From a bacterium (GTDB lineage: Bacteria; Margulisbacteria; WOR-1; O2-12-FULL-45-9; XYB2-FULL-48-7), in contig JBDRLW010000014.1 of NCBI GenBank assembly GCA_043812655.1, positions 1-27,529 on the forward strand: a DNA stretch of 27,529 bases. Direction: 5' to 3'. The notes under the pieces are model-generated. The model was not told where the DNA came from and did not search any database. It saw only the letters and a program-made list of their open reading frames with translations. How positions within the stretch are numbered: position 1 is the stretch's first letter; each line of letters begins with the position of its first letter. Both the position numbers and the translations under genes were made by a program. Below, one piece after another: positions 25,588 through 27,529 of the stretch.

Positions 25588-26464
25588 ATATATTTTTGAC
25601 AACTGTTATCGGAGTGGCTCTTAATTCCTCATAAATCCTATATGTATACGCACATAAAACCCCCAAAATAACCAAAACCATACTACTAAATAGCCAGATC
25701 GAAAAAATAATAAATTTGTCGTTTCTGCGAAAAATCGGGATTATTAACGCCGAGACCATAATCACCAGACCGAAACAAATAATATAAGTACTTAAACGAT
25801 GCCCAAAAGCGATTAAGGCGTTTAAGCCAAGCCTTAATCTATTCATAAAAGAATAGGTAGAGCTCCCTTTATTAAGCTTACGTGCCTTAACCGGTTTTTG
25901 TTTAAAGCCAACCTGAAAAAAAATGCCGCCTAGAAAAGGATCACTCGATTTACAACTCAAGACACTTTTAAGATACCGCCTACTCATTAGACGAGCAACC
26001 ATCTGGTTTTCTGGTATTTTATTTTGAGATAACCGGTTAAAGATCCAATAAAACACCCTGCTATTTAATCCCTGAAAAAAACTCCCCTTTTCTGCTATCC
26101 TAACGCCATAAACCACATCAATTTCTTTATCTAAAAACATTTCTTGGTGAAATTTTTCTAGTAATTCCGGCTCCTCTTCCAGGTCACTATCGATTAGAAA
26201 TACCAAGTCTCCTTTAGCATAAAAAAGCCCCGTCATAATGGCCCGATGCTGCCCATAATTCCTTGAAAGATCAATAATTTTTATCTTTTTATCTTTTTCG
26301 TAAAGGGCAAGGACTATTTTTAAAGAATCATCTGTAGCGCCATCATTTACAAGGATAAGTTCATAATCGTTGGTGATTTTCTCCGCGCTTTTTCTGATTC
26401 GTTCATAAAACTCTCTGATGTACGGAGCTGATGAATATAAAGTGGTAACAATTGACAGTTTCAT
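25580..26464 (-). CDS. GT2 polyprenyl-phosphate glycosyltransferase (ArnC/GtrB/DPM-synthase-like)
   Basis: LSIVTTLY, LVNDGATD, LSRNYGQHRAI, LIDSDLEE (DxD), DVVYGVR and two C-terminal TM helices. Confidence 0.85.
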   Translation of the reverse strand: MKLSIVTTLYSSAPYIREFYERIRKSAEKITNDYELILVNDGATDDSLKIVLALYEKDKKIKIIDLSRNYGQHRAIMTGLFYAKGDLVFLIDSDLEEEPELLEKFHQEMFLDKEIDVVYGVRIAEKGSFFQGLNSRVFYWIFNRLSQNKIPENQMVARLMSRRYLKSVLSCKSSDPFLGGIFFQVGFKQKPVKARKLNKGSSTYSFMNRLRLGLNALIAFGHRLSTYIICFGLVIMVSALIIPIFRRNDKFIIFSIWLFSSMVLVILGVLCAYTYRIYEELRATPITVVKNIYE

Positions 26465-26582
26465 TTGATTATATCGCCAAAACCGGCTAAAACAATGATA
26501 GCATAAATGGCCAGTTTGTCACTATAACTTGGCCGAATCCGATCACTTTAAAACAAAACATTCAGTTTGTCCCATCATCTTC

Positions 26583-27529
26583 TTATGCTTTGATGCCTAT
26601 TTTAAAAAGCCGCAAAAAACCCAGCAAATAACTTTTTAGCATTTCAAGATTATTTATCCTTAATAAAGATTTTAAGATGTATCTAGGCCGCAAATAAAAG
26701 CCTAAGCCCGCGCGACGATAAGCGCTTTTCAAGTATTTCGCCGGTAATTTATCTTGGTAAAAGTAGATTTGATCCCCATAAGAAACATCAATTTTATCCC
26801 ACAATTTTGGCTCAATCTGGTATGACGATTCAACTTCTTTTCTGGCTTTTGTGCCAGGATAGGGAAGAAATAGGTTGAACACGGCAAAATCAAGGTTCAA
26901 TTCCCCAGAAAGCTTTATTGTTTGTTCGGTTGTGGCAATCGTTTCTCCTGGATAATTAAGAATAAAATAACCTTTCGTTTCTATCCCAGCTGATTTTGCG
27001 GCTTTTACGGCATTTTTTATTTGTTTAACTGTTATATTTTTATTCATTTTTTCAAGGATTTCATCACTCCCCGATTCAATACCAAAAGTTATGCTGCAAC
27101 AACCGCTTTCTTTCATTAAACGTAATAGTTCTAAGTCAACCCTATCAACTCGACTGCCACATCGCCATAATACATCTATTTTTCTCTTCAATATCTCCTG
27201 GCAGATCTCTACAACCCGTGAGCGGTTAGCCGTAAATGTGTCATCATAAAACTTAATTTCCTTGGCCCCAAATTTAGTAACTAAATACTCCATTTCATCA
27301 ACCACAAATTGGCTCTTCTTCATCCGACATTGTCCTTGCCAAATGATCGTGTCAGCACAAAAATTGCAATCATAGGGACACCCTCGTGACGTGATCATAC
27401 CGATAATCGGTTTTTTAAAAAACAAGCCTGGTGGAGGGGAATATTTTTCGATCTTTACTAGATGATAAGCAGGGAAAGGGAGTTCGTCCAAATTTTTAAT
27501 TAACGGGCGCGCTGCGGTACGAATGATCC
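26583..27529 (-). CDS. Radical SAM protein, probably B12-binding class (5' end outside window)
   Basis: Frame open to the window end (IIRTAARPLIKNLDELPFP). TSRGCPYDCNFC, FYDDTF, GIESGS, PGET, PYPGT. Confidence 0.85.
   Translation of the reverse strand, partial: IIRTAARPLIKNLDELPFPAYHLVKIEKYSPPPGLFFKKPIIGMITSRGCPYDCNFCADTIIWQGQCRMKKSQFVVDEMEYLVTKFGAKEIKFYDDTFTANRSRVVEICQEILKRKIDVLWRCGSRVDRVDLELLRLMKESGCCSITFGIESGSDEILEKMNKNITVKQIKNAVKAAKSAGIETKGYFILNYPGETIATTEQTIKLSGELNLDFAVFNLFLPYPGTKARKEVESSYQIEPKLWDKIDVSYGDQIYFYQDKLPAKYLKSAYRRAGLGFYLRPRYILKSLLRINNLEMLKSYLLGFLRLFKIGIKA

Noticed and set aside
848..25634. About 20 short ORFs (60-186 aa) in the track lying inside longer genes, mostly antisense, e.g. 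12078..12431, 13773..14153, 18043..18603
   Set aside because: They lie wholly or largely within well-supported genes, show no motifs or RBS, and look like shadow ORFs.
26465..26582. 118-nt intergenic gap with CAGTTTGTC twice, a TATAAT 3 nt before ATG 26464 and an 11-codon minus-strand ORF
   Set aside because: The repeat is short, the -10 is too close to the start codon, and no stable hairpin or RBS is evident.
1..27529. CRISPR array, IS/transposase, integrase, tRNA/rRNA, intrinsic terminators
   Set aside because: No spaced repeat arrays, mobile-element genes, RNA gene signatures or GC hairpin plus U-tract were seen, and intergenic gaps are all under 190 nt.

Overview
An AT-rich bacterial cell-surface glycan biosynthesis and modification locus. 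It has 21 genes, 19 on the minus strand and tightly packed (several ATGA overlaps), and is truncated at both window ends. No rRNA, tRNA, CRISPR or mobile element was seen. Three blocks are visible. (i) Extracytoplasmic membrane enzymes: four GT-C-type glycosyltransferase-like proteins, two paralogous LtaS/EptA-like ('sulfatase-like') phosphotransferases and a multi-TM spermidine-synthase-fold protein. (ii) An amino-sugar/lipid-carrier module at 20.7-26.5 kb: GT2, methyltransferases, acyltransferase, WbqC, WecE-like aminotransferase and an SDR epimerase. (iii) A phosphoramidate (P-N bond) cassette at 7.3-14.9 kb, the most interesting part. It carries homologues of Campylobacter jejuni Cj1418 (glutamine kinase, here fused to an extra, degenerate nucleotidyltransferase domain), Cj1417 and Cj1416. 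No Cj1415 kinase or Cj1421/22 transferase is visible. Instead there are a formyltransferase-fold gene, an inverted SAM methyltransferase and a TagF-like CDP-phosphotransferase, and the cassette is headed by a translationally coupled 68-aa 'AYIDPGTGS' membrane peptide. All assignments come from motif recognition by eye; no database search was run and the host taxon cannot be fixed from this window.
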